DNA of 64,000 nt from Candidatus Poribacteria bacterium (GCA_965116925.1 OZ220744.1:5931757-5995756); one strand, 5' to 3'; counted from the first letter of the stretch, positions 48,062-58,268 are shown. Notes: generated by a model from the sequence alone, not told the origin. Numbers and translations are program-made.

Positions 48062-48904
48062 ATGATTATTGATACACATACACATTTCTATGATCCAACA
48101 CGGTCCGAAGGTGTGCCTTGGCCTGATCCTGATGATGATGTGCTTTATCGCCCTGTGTACCCGGAGCACCACAAGGCACTTGCGATCCCTGAAGGTGTGA
48201 CGGGGACTGTTGTTGTTGAGGCGAGCACATGGGTTGAGGATAATCAGTGGATACTTGACCTTGCGGAAAATGAACCGTTTATCGTTGGATTCGTTGGGAA
48301 TTTGGACATAGGTTCGCCGGATTTTGAGAGTAACCTTGAACGCTATGCTGCGAATCCACTTTTCCGAGGTGTACGGCTTCGCGGGGTGGATATCGGAGAG
48401 GTTGTGAGTGGTGGGAATCTGGCGAACATTGAGATGTTTGCTGCGAAGGATTTATCGGTAGATCTTTTATCGTCGCCAGATGCTTTACCGAGTGTCGCCG
48501 CACTGGCAGCACAAATCCCCGAACTACGTATTGTCATTAACCATGTCGCCGGTGTGTCTATTGATGGAAAGGCACCAGATGCGGCGTGGGTTGAAGGGAT
48601 GCAGATGGCGGCGGCAAACCCGCATGTCTACTGTAAGGTTTCAGGGTTGGTGGAGAATACGAAAGACACACCTTCACCTACTGATGTGGCGTACTATGCG
48701 CCGACAGTGGATGTGTTGTGGGATGCGTTTGGAACGCATCGGTTGGTCTACGGAAGCAATTGGCCCGTATCGGAACGTTTTGCCGACTATGCGACGGTGC
48801 AACGAATCGTATCCCAATACTTCAATGCGAAGGGAGTCGTCGCTACTGAGAAGTATTTTTGGAGGAATGCCACGGCGGCATACAAGTGGTTGGATCGGGG
48901 ATGA
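48062..48904 (+). CDS. amidohydrolase-2 family (TIM-barrel metal-dependent hydrolase)
   Basis: MIIDTHTHFYDP is the His-x-His metal site at the N-terminus. Confidence 0.7.
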   Translation: MIIDTHTHFYDPTRSEGVPWPDPDDDVLYRPVYPEHHKALAIPEGVTGTVVVEASTWVEDNQWILDLAENEPFIVGFVGNLDIGSPDFESNLERYAANPLFRGVRLRGVDIGEVVSGGNLANIEMFAAKDLSVDLLSSPDALPSVAALAAQIPELRIVINHVAGVSIDGKAPDAAWVEGMQMAAANPHVYCKVSGLVENTKDTPSPTDVAYYAPTVDVLWDAFGTHRLVYGSNWPVSERFADYATVQRIVSQYFNAKGVVATEKYFWRNATAAYKWLDRG

Positions 48905-48965
48905 CTTGAAGCGGCATTGTGATCCTGCTCTATCGGTAGGATGTTGAAGGTGCAAAACTCAAAGA

Positions 48966-48997
48966 GAAACCGAGTTTTTTCGGAAAAACTCGGTTTC
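48966..48997. repeat. REP-like hairpin family A
   Basis: GAAACCGAGTTTTTTCGGAAAAACTCGGTTTC. Confidence 0.8.
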
Positions 48998-49030
48998 TGT
49001 TACACAATTTCTTCACATAAGCCAAGACAT

Positions 49031-49990
49031 TTACCCTGCGTTAAGAACTTCCCGTATACCTGCAACGATGTTGTCCCGATCCGGGAATACGTGGTCTTCG
49101 AGCCCGGGACTATACGGTATCGGTACATGCAGTGCACAGACGCGCTTGGGCGGTGCTTTCAGTTTTGCAAAGGTCTCGCTATCCTCAGTGACTACGGTTA
49201 TAATCTCTGCTGACGCGCCTGCGGTGGGACCTGCCTCGTCGGCGATGACCAGTCTGCCTGTTTTCTGCACGGAAGCGCGAATTGCTGCCTCATCCAGAGG
49301 TACGAGAGAGCGTGGATCGATAACCTCGACGGAAACGCCCTCTTTTTCAAGCGTTTCGGCTGCGGCAAGCCCTTCGTGCACGAGCCAAGCCAGTGCCACC
49401 AATGTTACATCGCTACCCTCCCGTTTAACGTCGGCGACCCCTAGTGGCACCGTGTAATCTTCTTCAGGCACCTCGCCCTCAACGCCCATGAGCCTGTTCG
49501 ATTCAAACGAGATAACGGGATTGTCGTCACGGATGGCGGATTTGAGTAGCCCCTTCATATCGTAGGGGGTTGACGGTAATATCATCTTCAATCCTGCTAG
49601 GTTCATAAACATTGAATAAGGACTTTGGGAGTGTTGGGCGGCGACCCGTCTGCCACCTCCGACCGAAGCGCGAAATGTGATAGGAAACTTCGCTTGGCCC
49701 CCAAACATGTAGTGAATTTTCGCCGCCTGATTCACGATCTGATCCATGGCGACGAAGGAAAAGGTTATCATGCCCCAGTTGATGATCGGTCGATAACCTG
49801 ACCCCGCTGCGCCGATGGCGATACCTGTAAAAGCACCCTCGGCGATTGGGGTAGCACGCACCCGTTCGGAGCCGAATTCATTGACCAGTTCGTCTGCAGC
49901 ACTAGTTGCGAGGTGAAATGTGGTTGAATCTCGCTGCATCTCCTCGATGAGTGCATCTGTTCCGGCTTGTGCATAAGATATTTTTGGCAT
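49031..49990 (-). CDS. 2-oxoacid (pyruvate/acetoin) dehydrogenase E1 beta subunit
   Basis: Transketolase-like pyrimidine-binding and C-terminal domains (PIAEGAFTGIAIGAAGSGYRPI..., FMNLAGLKMILPSTPYD). Confidence 0.8.
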   Translation of the reverse strand: MPKISYAQAGTDALIEEMQRDSTTFHLATSAADELVNEFGSERVRATPIAEGAFTGIAIGAAGSGYRPIINWGMITFSFVAMDQIVNQAAKIHYMFGGQAKFPITFRASVGGGRRVAAQHSQSPYSMFMNLAGLKMILPSTPYDMKGLLKSAIRDDNPVISFESNRLMGVEGEVPEEDYTVPLGVADVKREGSDVTLVALAWLVHEGLAAAETLEKEGVSVEVIDPRSLVPLDEAAIRASVQKTGRLVIADEAGPTAGASAEIITVVTEDSETFAKLKAPPKRVCALHVPIPYSPGLEDHVFPDRDNIVAGIREVLNAG

Positions 49991-50032
49991 AATAGGTTGC
50001 CCCCATAATTTTCGATTGGGAGTGAAAAGATT

Positions 50033-50467
50033 TCAGGGAAGAAAACGACTTTCCTCGTCGGGAGTTGGGATTCGACAGGCATCTCTCCGTCCGAACCATC
50101 GGTATCGATTTCGAGCGACGGTTCGATAAACGAAATCCCGAACACTTCGTGGGACAAGGCGCAGCAGGCTCAAGAGCCACCATACCCCTCCCAAACGGCG
50201 ATATACCTCCAGAAAAGCATCTGATTCCTCGCGAATTCCCCGCTCGTCTAAATAGAACATAGACCACTCTTGAGGTGCCTCGGAGAGCGGTGGTAACATC
50301 TGCTTGGCGGTTTCCCCTTGAATTGGCGCGAACCTGAAAACCCCTTTATTGTCAATCCTCAGGATCAGATCCACAAATCGGTTGCACATACCGCATACAC
50401 CGTCAAAGAAGATGATAGGTGGTTTCTGTGCAATACCCCTTATTATCTTATCTGTTTCTGAATTCAT
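50033..50467 (-). CDS. thiol-disulfide oxidoreductase, DCC family (DUF393)
   Basis: FDGVCGMCN is the DCC motif near the N-terminus. Confidence 0.75.
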   Translation of the reverse strand: MNSETDKIIRGIAQKPPIIFFDGVCGMCNRFVDLILRIDNKGVFRFAPIQGETAKQMLPPLSEAPQEWSMFYLDERGIREESDAFLEVYRRLGGVWWLLSLLRLVPRSVRDFVYRTVARNRYRWFGRRDACRIPTPDEESRFLP

Positions 50468-50479
50468 GGTGGAAATGAG

Positions 50480-51448
50480 TTAGGACTCAGCAAAAATGTC
50501 TTCGACCGCCGCTTCCGGTTTCGGAAATGGGCTTTCCTCGGAAAATTTGACCGCGTCCTCAATTGCCTTGAGGATTTCAGCGTCCATTTCTTGCCACGCT
50601 TCTTTAGTCAGAATTCCTTGATTCATCAGATTCGCCGCAAAGCGGCCGATTGGGTCTCGCTGTCGCCACTCTTCGATCTCTTCCTTCGGACGTGGGTCCT
50701 CTTGCCCCGGTCTTTCGGTATGTCCGCGCCAGCGATAGGTCTTGCATTCGATGAGGGTGGGACCTTGACCTGCACGCGCACGGTTGACAGCGGCTTCGGC
50801 GGCTTCATAGACAGCCATCACATCGTTGCCATCGACAACTACCCCCGGAATACCGTAGCCGGCGGCACGGGCTGCCACATCGCTGAGAGCCAAGGTGTCT
50901 GCTGCGATGGTGCCGGCGGAATAGAGATTGTTCTCACAGACGTAGAGCATCGGTAGCTTCCACGTTGCGGCGATGTTGATGGACTCGTGGAAGGGACCTG
51001 CGTTTGAGGCACCGTCCCCAAAGAAAGAAACGGCGACTCGTCCCTTGCCTTCGAGTTGGGCAGCGAGTCCGGCACCGGTTACGATGGGAATACCACCTGC
51101 GACAATGCCATTGGCTCCCAACATACCGATGCTGAAATCGGCGATGTGCATAGAGCCACCTTTGCCTTTGCAGTAGCCGGTTTGTCTGCCGTAAAGTTCA
51201 GCCATCATCCGATTCAGATCTGCACCCTTGGCGAGACAATGCCCATGACCGCGGTGGGTGCTGATGATTTGGTCATCCGCATTCAAAGCTGCACACACAC
51301 CGACGGCGACCGCTTCCTCACCGATGTAGCAGTGCACGACGCCATAGATGGCACCCGCCTGATAATCATCTGATGCCCGTTCCTCGAAGCGACGGATGGT
51401 CTGCATCGAGCGTAACATCTCAATCTGTTTCTCTGTTGTGAGCGTCAT
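50480..51448 (-). CDS. 2-oxoacid dehydrogenase E1 alpha subunit (ThDP-binding)
   Basis: GDGASNAG...NN ThDP motif (FFGDGASNAGPFHESINIAATWKLPMLYVCENN). YRWRGH. Confidence 0.85.
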   Translation of the reverse strand: MTLTTEKQIEMLRSMQTIRRFEERASDDYQAGAIYGVVHCYIGEEAVAVGVCAALNADDQIISTHRGHGHCLAKGADLNRMMAELYGRQTGYCKGKGGSMHIADFSIGMLGANGIVAGGIPIVTGAGLAAQLEGKGRVAVSFFGDGASNAGPFHESINIAATWKLPMLYVCENNLYSAGTIAADTLALSDVAARAAGYGIPGVVVDGNDVMAVYEAAEAAVNRARAGQGPTLIECKTYRWRGHTERPGQEDPRPKEEIEEWRQRDPIGRFAANLMNQGILTKEAWQEMDAEILKAIEDAVKFSEESPFPKPEAAVEDIFAES

Positions 51449-51481
51449 GTTTGTTTCCTCCCGAAAATCTCACCTATCGCT

Positions 51482-52024
51482 TCAAGTTTCAGCCCTTGCC
51501 CGTCGAAACAGCACTGTGCGGGCTAACACAAGGACAGCAATCGCGAGCGCAACGACAGGACCGAACCAAGCACTTTCTTTTGGCACGGTCAATATAAAAA
51601 TATAAATAAATCCGAGCAGATACCACAGCCTATCCAACCTTCCTTGCACCAACCGAGCTGCAAGGTACGCACAAGCAAGCGTAGTAAACGCAATCCATAT
51701 CCATGAAAATAGCCACGGTGTCCATCCATAGAAAGGGAGGCTAATGAGCGCGTAACCTGTCCACCCTGTTGGAAATAGATCAAAGGCGTGGTGGACGGCA
51801 AAACCGATGCTAACACCCATCGCAAACGCATATAATCCGAAGCCAATCCTCAACGCCAGCAACAATAGTATGAGGGGAATCAACGGGCTGTGCGTGACGA
51901 TGGAGCGGTGAAGTAGCAAATTGATGTGTTGGTCGATATCTGGCATGCCGATGCCGCAGTGTAGTCCCACTAGGACGAATACCGGGGCTATCAGAGTAAC
52001 GAAGAATCTGCCCATCGCCTGCAT
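51482..52024 (-). CDS. membrane-bound metal-dependent hydrolase family protein (YdjM-like)
   Basis: Polytopic. Conserved His-rich segments (HRSIVTHSP, HHAFD). Confidence 0.45.
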   Translation of the reverse strand: MQAMGRFFVTLIAPVFVLVGLHCGIGMPDIDQHINLLLHRSIVTHSPLIPLILLLLALRIGFGLYAFAMGVSIGFAVHHAFDLFPTGWTGYALISLPFYGWTPWLFSWIWIAFTTLACAYLAARLVQGRLDRLWYLLGFIYIFILTVPKESAWFGPVVALAIAVLVLARTVLFRRARAET

Positions 52025-52038
52025 GTTTAGCTCTCCTA

Positions 52039-53769
52039 CTATGCGGGTCTATCGCCCTTTTGTACTGGTGCGGTTCGACTATCAACGCCGGGCAACATTT
52101 TTGCTGGATCGCGGGTCACAATCACGTCAATGATGGTAGGTATATCACGCGCAGCGATGCCTTCGGCAAACGCTGCGCCTAGCTTAGATGGCTCCGATAC
52201 ACGAATACTGTGGCACCCAAGTTCGCGAGCTACATTTGCATAATGGGTTTCACTCAGGTCACTCGATTGATAGCGTCCACCGTACAGACTGTGCTGAAGG
52301 GCTTTGACGTAGCCGGAGGCGGCGTTGTTCACGATGGCAAGGGTAAAACCGAGTCCTAAGCGTCGTGCTGTTTCAAGTTCTCCGAGCATCATGTTGAATC
52401 CAGCATCGCCGGTAAGCCCAACCACCGGTGAATCTGGAGCAGCAAGCTGTGCACCGATAACCCCCGGTAGACCGTAGCCGATCGAGGCAAACCCCCGATT
52501 TGCGATGTAGGAACGCCCCGCACGAGTTGAGTCATAGAGTAATCCGGTCCAATGAGCGGCAAATCCACCATCAACAACAAGAATCCCATCATCGGGCATG
52601 ACGCCTTGCAGTTCGCGAACCAATCGCGCCATGTGAATCGGACGCTCCTCGGAGGCATAGCGGGGTTCTGCTTCTACCCGCCAAGCTGCCATCCGTTCTG
52701 CTAACTCCGCTAGGTAGGATGCGTGTTGGGCCTGTAAGGCTTCGGCGTCGTCAGCGAGGCTAGCGTGAAGATCGATAAGCCCTTCAGCGGCATCCCCCCA
52801 GAGGGCGACTTCTGTGGGTGTCGTGCGTCCGATCTCCTCCGCTACGATATCGAGATGGATGAACGGGACACCTCGCGGCATCAGGGCGTAGCGTTTGGTG
52901 GCAATCTCGCCCATCTTGCAACCGACTGCGAGGATGCAATCTGAGGATTCGATCAGGTCATTGGCAATCCGTGACCAGCGACCAAATAAGCCCACACTCA
53001 ACGGATGTGTACACGGAATGGCACCCTTCCCGCTCAATGTCTGAGCGACTGGGACGCTGAAATCTTCGGCGAACTTGAGTAGCACTTCATAGGCTCCTGA
53101 GAGATGGATACCACCCCCCGCGAGTATAATTGGTCGCTTAGAACGGCGGAACTGCGCTGCGGCGCGAGCAACCGCTTCACGGCCCGGACGGGGACGTTGA
53201 GCAGGGATACAGATAGTTTTTGGATCGATATAGAAATCGTCTATCGGATAGTCAAATTCCCCGTGTGCTACATCTTCGGGGACATCGAGAACAACGGGTC
53301 CTGGTCGCCCGGAGGTCGCGATGGCGTAGGCACGGCGCACCAGTTCGGGGATGCGAAGGCCATCTTCGATCCGGATTAACGCCTTGACCGATGGGGCGAG
53401 GATCTCGGATTGACGCGCCTCCTGCGTCATGTTTTTCCAAGAATGGGCACGGTTGCTGTTGCCAACGATAACGACGAGGGGCACCCCTGCGTTTAACGAC
53501 TCGACGAGTCCTGTCACTAGGTTTGTGGCTCCCGGACCGAGCGTCGCATCGCAGATGCCGGGGCGTCCGGTCACGCGTGCCCATGCGTCAGCGGCGAATA
53601 CGCCGGATCGCTCATCGTTGATGAGTGTATGTTGAAGCCCTAGTTCACGCACTGCATCGTAGAAGGGCAGTAGTTGGAACCCAGCCATACCGAACATCGG
53701 GGCGGGGTTATGGTTCTTGAGCATTTCGGCGAGTGCTTGCCCGCCGTTCATCTGTCGAAATGAAGACAT
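52039..53769 (-). CDS. thiamine-diphosphate-dependent enzyme, acetolactate-synthase-large-subunit-like
   Basis: N-terminal Pyr domain (GGQALAEMLKNH...GMAGFQLLPFYDA). C-terminal GDAGF...NN ThDP-binding motif (GLTGDAGFNMMLGELETARRLGLGFTLAIVNNAASG). The ORF opens at 53787. Confidence 0.75.
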   Translation of the reverse strand: MSSFRQMNGGQALAEMLKNHNPAPMFGMAGFQLLPFYDAVRELGLQHTLINDERSGVFAADAWARVTGRPGICDATLGPGATNLVTGLVESLNAGVPLVVIVGNSNRAHSWKNMTQEARQSEILAPSVKALIRIEDGLRIPELVRRAYAIATSGRPGPVVLDVPEDVAHGEFDYPIDDFYIDPKTICIPAQRPRPGREAVARAAAQFRRSKRPIILAGGGIHLSGAYEVLLKFAEDFSVPVAQTLSGKGAIPCTHPLSVGLFGRWSRIANDLIESSDCILAVGCKMGEIATKRYALMPRGVPFIHLDIVAEEIGRTTPTEVALWGDAAEGLIDLHASLADDAEALQAQHASYLAELAERMAAWRVEAEPRYASEERPIHMARLVRELQGVMPDDGILVVDGGFAAHWTGLLYDSTRAGRSYIANRGFASIGYGLPGVIGAQLAAPDSPVVGLTGDAGFNMMLGELETARRLGLGFTLAIVNNAASGYVKALQHSLYGGRYQSSDLSETHYANVARELGCHSIRVSEPSKLGAAFAEGIAARDIPTIIDVIVTRDPAKMLPGVDSRTAPVQKGDRPA

Positions 53770-53787
53770 AGATCTCCACCCCCTCAA

Positions 53788-54606
53788 TTACGAAGTGAGC
53801 AATTCTACAAAGGTTGGCACTGTTATGCCAACGGTGACGTCACATTTAGCAGCTTGTTTGTTAATGTATGAGACGATCCCATTTTCCCATGCGGAACACG
53901 CATCGCCGATACGGGCGGTCATGGCGTCGACTGTGACCGCCGGTGTAGAGTTCTGATCAAGGATTTCGAGACGTTGAATTCCAGCCATATCTATCCCAAC
54001 GCCGGCATCGTTGAACACCGCCCCTCGCGCCTGCACTGCAAGTCCATAGCCGGGTCGTCCGGCAAGTCTCCCGCCGTGCGAACCCGTAATGATGATTGCG
54101 TCGCTATCGTTGGGCTCGACGAGTGATGCAGAGTCACAGGCGATTACCCTCACTGGGCCTTCGCGTAGAAGTTTGCGTGTTTCCAGGTAGGCAGGTGCAT
54201 CGCCTTCAAACACTTTACCACGCTGCATGGCTTCTGCCACCTCTTGGCAAGTTTCGCCCACGGCACAGCCGAGAGTTTTAGCGGTTGCATTGCAGTGGCT
54301 GATCTGTCCGCGTGTGAGCATGTCAGCACCGTCTCCAATACGTGCTGATGTATGGGCAACCGTTGCGGCTGCCATCCCTAGCCGCTGTAGATAATCGAGT
54401 GCTCCGATGCCTGCATTATCTAGCCCGATTCCTGCGTCATTGAAAATCACACCGCGTAAGCCTGCGAGTGCTGCCAAGTATCCGCAGTAGCTGCCTCCGT
54501 GGGAGCCGGCAACGAGCACGGTTCCCCGAAATTGGGGACCGAGTTTGGTAATGCTATCGGTGAGTTGAATGGTCTTGATGTCGTTGGGATTCAAAGCAAC
54601 TTGCAT
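53788..54606 (-). CDS. hypothetical protein with internal tandem duplication (2 x roughly 130 aa)
   Basis: The pattern GSHGG-x-AG-RG-V/A-I/V-FNDAGxGxDxAGI...ATV...ARIGD occurs at residues 34-100 and 174-240. Abuts the ThDP enzyme gene. Confidence 0.4.
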   Translation of the reverse strand: MQVALNPNDIKTIQLTDSITKLGPQFRGTVLVAGSHGGSYCGYLAALAGLRGVIFNDAGIGLDNAGIGALDYLQRLGMAAATVAHTSARIGDGADMLTRGQISHCNATAKTLGCAVGETCQEVAEAMQRGKVFEGDAPAYLETRKLLREGPVRVIACDSASLVEPNDSDAIIITGSHGGRLAGRPGYGLAVQARGAVFNDAGVGIDMAGIQRLEILDQNSTPAVTVDAMTARIGDACSAWENGIVSYINKQAAKCDVTVGITVPTFVELLTS

Positions 54607-54667
54607 CGGATTTCTCTTTCTAGCAGTTGAGATTCATACCTTAGCACTATACTTGAACCTTTTCAGT

Positions 54668-55450
54668 TCAATACAATACATCCTCAATTGCTCTATGGAG
54701 TTTCCAATCGCCCTTTTCTTTGGCAAATTTTAACGCCTTATATAAATCCTCCCTCCCTCGCGGGCGGGCCAACTCATCCTTCGCTAAACTCCGATAGAAA
54801 TAGGCACGAGCATTGTTTGGGTCAAGTTGGATAGCAGTGCCATAATCGGCAATCCCGGCGAAATGTTGTCTTAATTTAACCTTCGCTAAACCTCGGTAGT
54901 TGTAGTAATCGGCATAATCAGGCTCAAGGCTTATCGCCTTGTCAAAATCGACAATCGCATCAGTATAGTGTCCGAAGTCATATTTCACCCTACCCCGATT
55001 ACAGTAGGCATAGGCAGCATTGGGCTCAAGACTTATCAGCATGTCATAATCGGCAATCGCAGCGGTATGTTGTTCTAACTTGTATTTTATCCAACCTCGA
55101 TCATTGTAGACATAGGTGGCATTGGGCTCAAGGCTTATTGCCATGTCATAATCGACAATCGCAGCAGTGTGTAGTCCTAATACATCCTTTGCCTTACCCC
55201 GATAGTAGTAGGATTTAGCATCAGCCGGGTTGAGTTTTATCGCTATATCATATTCGATTATGGCTTCAAAGTATTCACCTTTATCCGCTTTTGCTTTTCC
55301 CCTATCAACATATTTCTGGCTATCATCACCGTTGTTACCACTTGTCTGTATTTTACCACTTTGGGTACGCGAGGTGTCGGAAAGTATTCCGAAAATTATC
55401 AATCCTATAAATCCTAGGAGACAGGCAATTCCAATTAAACGTTCTTTCAT
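54668..55450 (-). CDS. TPR-repeat protein with N-terminal signal/TM segment
   Basis: Six to seven 34-aa TPR units (A.YYYRGKAK..., AYCNRGRVKYD...). Confidence 0.75.
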   Translation of the reverse strand: MKERLIGIACLLGFIGLIIFGILSDTSRTQSGKIQTSGNNGDDSQKYVDRGKAKADKGEYFEAIIEYDIAIKLNPADAKSYYYRGKAKDVLGLHTAAIVDYDMAISLEPNATYVYNDRGWIKYKLEQHTAAIADYDMLISLEPNAAYAYCNRGRVKYDFGHYTDAIVDFDKAISLEPDYADYYNYRGLAKVKLRQHFAGIADYGTAIQLDPNNARAYFYRSLAKDELARPRGREDLYKALKFAKEKGDWKLHRAIEDVLY

Positions 55451-55742
55451 TACACCTTGCTCTTTTCTATTTTGCTCAGTGAAGCCCTCAACTCCCCTTT
55501 CAATGAGCTAAATCTTGTCTAATCTAACGCAAGTTGCTAGTTGATAACCAAACGTCAGAAACCGACACAATAGTCGGGAATTGAAATTCTCTCCTACTAA
55601 AAACATACGGTAGGATTCGTCCCCTCCGAATCGTGACTCTGACTGTTGACGCATATCGTAGGGAACAACGATCGTTGTTCCCTACAACTCGTTAGGTGTA
55701 ACAACACTGCTAAGTTTTGGTGATTTGCTCTACTATACACAT

Positions 55743-55807
55743 TGCGCTCCGCTGGAGCGCGGACCTTGAGACAATCGCCGTTCTATAGACATATCGCTCT
55801 TCTGGAA
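55743..55807. repeat. palindromic repeat family D (inverted copy of 25344-25409)
   Basis: GCGCTCCGCTGGAGCGC ... CTATAGACATATCGCTCTTCTGGAACG. The 63-aa ORF 55710..55901 is derived from this repeat. Confidence 0.65.
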
Positions 55808-55922
55808 CGAAGATTGAACACTTGACGGGCGGGGCAACTCCGCCCCTACGAGAAAACTGATGGATTTTCAATAGATGATAGCTTGGATTAGTATAGCACA
55901 TTGATAGAAATTTTCAACATAT

Positions 55923-57173
55923 TTATCCGACAGATTGTCGCCGTTGTAGGCGGAGATGTATCAGGAAACTGAGTGTGCCGATGACAGTCAGGCTCGCGCC
56001 AGTTAGGAAAAGACTGCGGTAGCCGAGTGTTTCGATGATGTAGCCGCCTCCCAACGCCATGGCTGAGAAACTCAAGCCCGATGCCATCTCACCGGCACCG
56101 GACATCGTCCCTCGGCGGGTTGGTGACACCACCTCCATGGTGTAAACGAGGAAGGTCGGATACCGGATCGAGGTCAACGCAAGCACTCCGATGAAACCGA
56201 GTCCAGCAGCACTCCAGTGAGAGATAAGGATTAACGGCAACATACTGATTGCGGTTCCTAGCGATGCCCACGCAGCAGTGCGACCATAGCCCCATCGTCT
56301 CGTCAGCAGGGGTACAATCAAGGCTGTTGGGATAGAGAGCAGCCTACCTGTGGCGGATAACACACCGATGTGAACTGTGGAGATGTGTAGACCGGCATCC
56401 ATGTAGACGTTAAAGAAGATGAAGAGCGTGCCCACACCGGTTACGACGAGGAGCCGAACTAACGTCAGGAATGCAATCAACCGGAGGGGAGAACTCTCTT
56501 TGGCCTGTCTTTCTGTTATGGGTTGAACGTGAGGCTCACGGGTTGCTACGATTGCTATAACCGTAGGAATTAACAATAGGCTGGCAAGTAACAACGAGTA
56601 TCGGTACGGCGCGGCCTGATCGAGCGAAACGCCAAGATATATGGCACAAACTCCCGGCAGGAAACCACCGACTAGACTTCCAACAAATCCAGCCAGCGAC
56701 CAGAGTGCTGCTTGCACTGAAAAGACATGGCTGCGCTCATTCTGTCGGGTGACTTTCATCACAAACGGTGCAGTGTTTGCAAAGTACATGGCAAAACCGA
56801 TGAATGCGAAGCACCAAGTAATGAGCAACCACACAGCTTGCCAGTTTCCTGTGCGTAATTCGGCAAAGGGTAGGAATCCGCAGCCTATCATGAGTAGAGT
56901 CAACCCTGTAATCATCATACGACGATTGCCTAAGCGTCCGCTGAGGGTTCCGGCAGGCAGGCAAAAGAGGGCAAAGAGCAGCATCCCGCTTCCGTTAACC
57001 AAGCCAACAAATTCGGGTCCATATCCTAGGCGCAGTAGGTACAGGTTGAATAGAACGGTATAGATGCCACCATCGACGGTTAGTCCGATTAACATCGTAG
57101 TGATGAGGTACAGGCGCACATCGCGGTTGAAATCACGCAGGACGTGGAGATAGGTGGGAGTTGCTCTGTTCAT
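55923..57173 (-). CDS. MFS transporter
   Basis: 416 aa with 12 TM helices. GRLGNRRMM-type loop motif. Confidence 0.8.
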   Translation of the reverse strand: MNRATPTYLHVLRDFNRDVRLYLITTMLIGLTVDGGIYTVLFNLYLLRLGYGPEFVGLVNGSGMLLFALFCLPAGTLSGRLGNRRMMITGLTLLMIGCGFLPFAELRTGNWQAVWLLITWCFAFIGFAMYFANTAPFVMKVTRQNERSHVFSVQAALWSLAGFVGSLVGGFLPGVCAIYLGVSLDQAAPYRYSLLLASLLLIPTVIAIVATREPHVQPITERQAKESSPLRLIAFLTLVRLLVVTGVGTLFIFFNVYMDAGLHISTVHIGVLSATGRLLSIPTALIVPLLTRRWGYGRTAAWASLGTAISMLPLILISHWSAAGLGFIGVLALTSIRYPTFLVYTMEVVSPTRRGTMSGAGEMASGLSFSAMALGGGYIIETLGYRSLFLTGASLTVIGTLSFLIHLRLQRRQSVG

Positions 57174-57188
57174 GCTGTTGGACGTGAC

Positions 57189-58226
57189 CTATGCCCTCTC
57201 GACCAACTGGCGTGTGGCATCCACCACGTAGGTTACATCATCGCGTGTGATGTGACGATGGACAACTAGACGCGCACTAGCAGGAGGGCGCGGGTTCGCG
57301 AGGATACCGCAGGTCCTCCATTTCTCAATAAGCGATTCAGAACGCCACCCTAGTTCCTCGACGTTTACCATGGCGAAGTTAGTAGGTGTGGGAGGGCGTT
57401 GGATTTTTAGCCCTTCAATTGACTCCAATCCTGTACAGAGTAGGCGGGCGTTTTCATGGTCTTCCGCCAGTCGATCCACCATCTTCTCCAATGCGACAAT
57501 ACCCGCTGCCGCGATAATACCCGCTTGACGCATACCGCCGCCCATGCGTTTGCGTACAGCATCGGCTTCGTCAATAAAGACATGGCTACCACACAGTAAC
57601 GATCCTACCGGCGCACTCAACCCTTTTGATACGCAGAACATCACCGAGTCAATGTGCCGGGTATAATCTTTTACACCTATCCCATGTGCCACCACTGCAT
57701 TAAAGAGTCGAGCACCGTCCATGTGGATTTTCAATCCGTGCGTTCTCGCTGCTGTGGAAACCGCTTCTACCTCTGCGGGCGTCCATGCGGATCCGCCGCT
57801 GCCGTTGTGGGTGTTCTCAATACACAGTAGGCTCGGTTGGGAGACGTCCTCCGAATTGATGATCTCGTCCAACTGTTCGGGTTGAATTACTCCGAACTCC
57901 GCCTGCATCGGATGGGGTTTCACTCCATGGAGGACGGCAAATTCGCCCCGCGCTCCGGCGAACAGATGAGCGCGTTCCTCGAAAAAGACATCGCCCCCCG
58001 AACGGGTGTGAGCGAATAACGCACATGCGTTGCCCATGGTGCCGCTAGGCACATAAAGCCCCGCCTCCATTCCGAGTGTTTCTGCAGCCAGTTCTTGGAG
58101 TTTATTGACGGTGGTATCCTCTCCGTAACCGTCATCTCCGAGGGCTGCCTCCATCATGGCTTCCTTCATTTCTTGTGTCGGCAGGGTAACGGTGTCACTT
58201 CTCAGGTCTACTGTTCTTTCTGGCAT
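57189..58226 (-). CDS. ltaE: low-specificity L-threonine aldolase (PLP, beta-eliminating lyase family)
   Basis: DLRSDTVTLPT...MKEAM... is the LtaE N-terminal signature. PLP lysine region (...FCVSKGLSAPVGS). Confidence 0.75.
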   Translation of the reverse strand: MPERTVDLRSDTVTLPTQEMKEAMMEAALGDDGYGEDTTVNKLQELAAETLGMEAGLYVPSGTMGNACALFAHTRSGGDVFFEERAHLFAGARGEFAVLHGVKPHPMQAEFGVIQPEQLDEIINSEDVSQPSLLCIENTHNGSGGSAWTPAEVEAVSTAARTHGLKIHMDGARLFNAVVAHGIGVKDYTRHIDSVMFCVSKGLSAPVGSLLCGSHVFIDEADAVRKRMGGGMRQAGIIAAAGIVALEKMVDRLAEDHENARLLCTGLESIEGLKIQRPPTPTNFAMVNVEELGWRSESLIEKWRTCGILANPRPPASARLVVHRHITRDDVTYVVDATRQLVERA

Positions 58227-58268
58227 TCTCTTTTCTTTCTGTATCCATCAAAGGGCGAGTGTGCCTCG

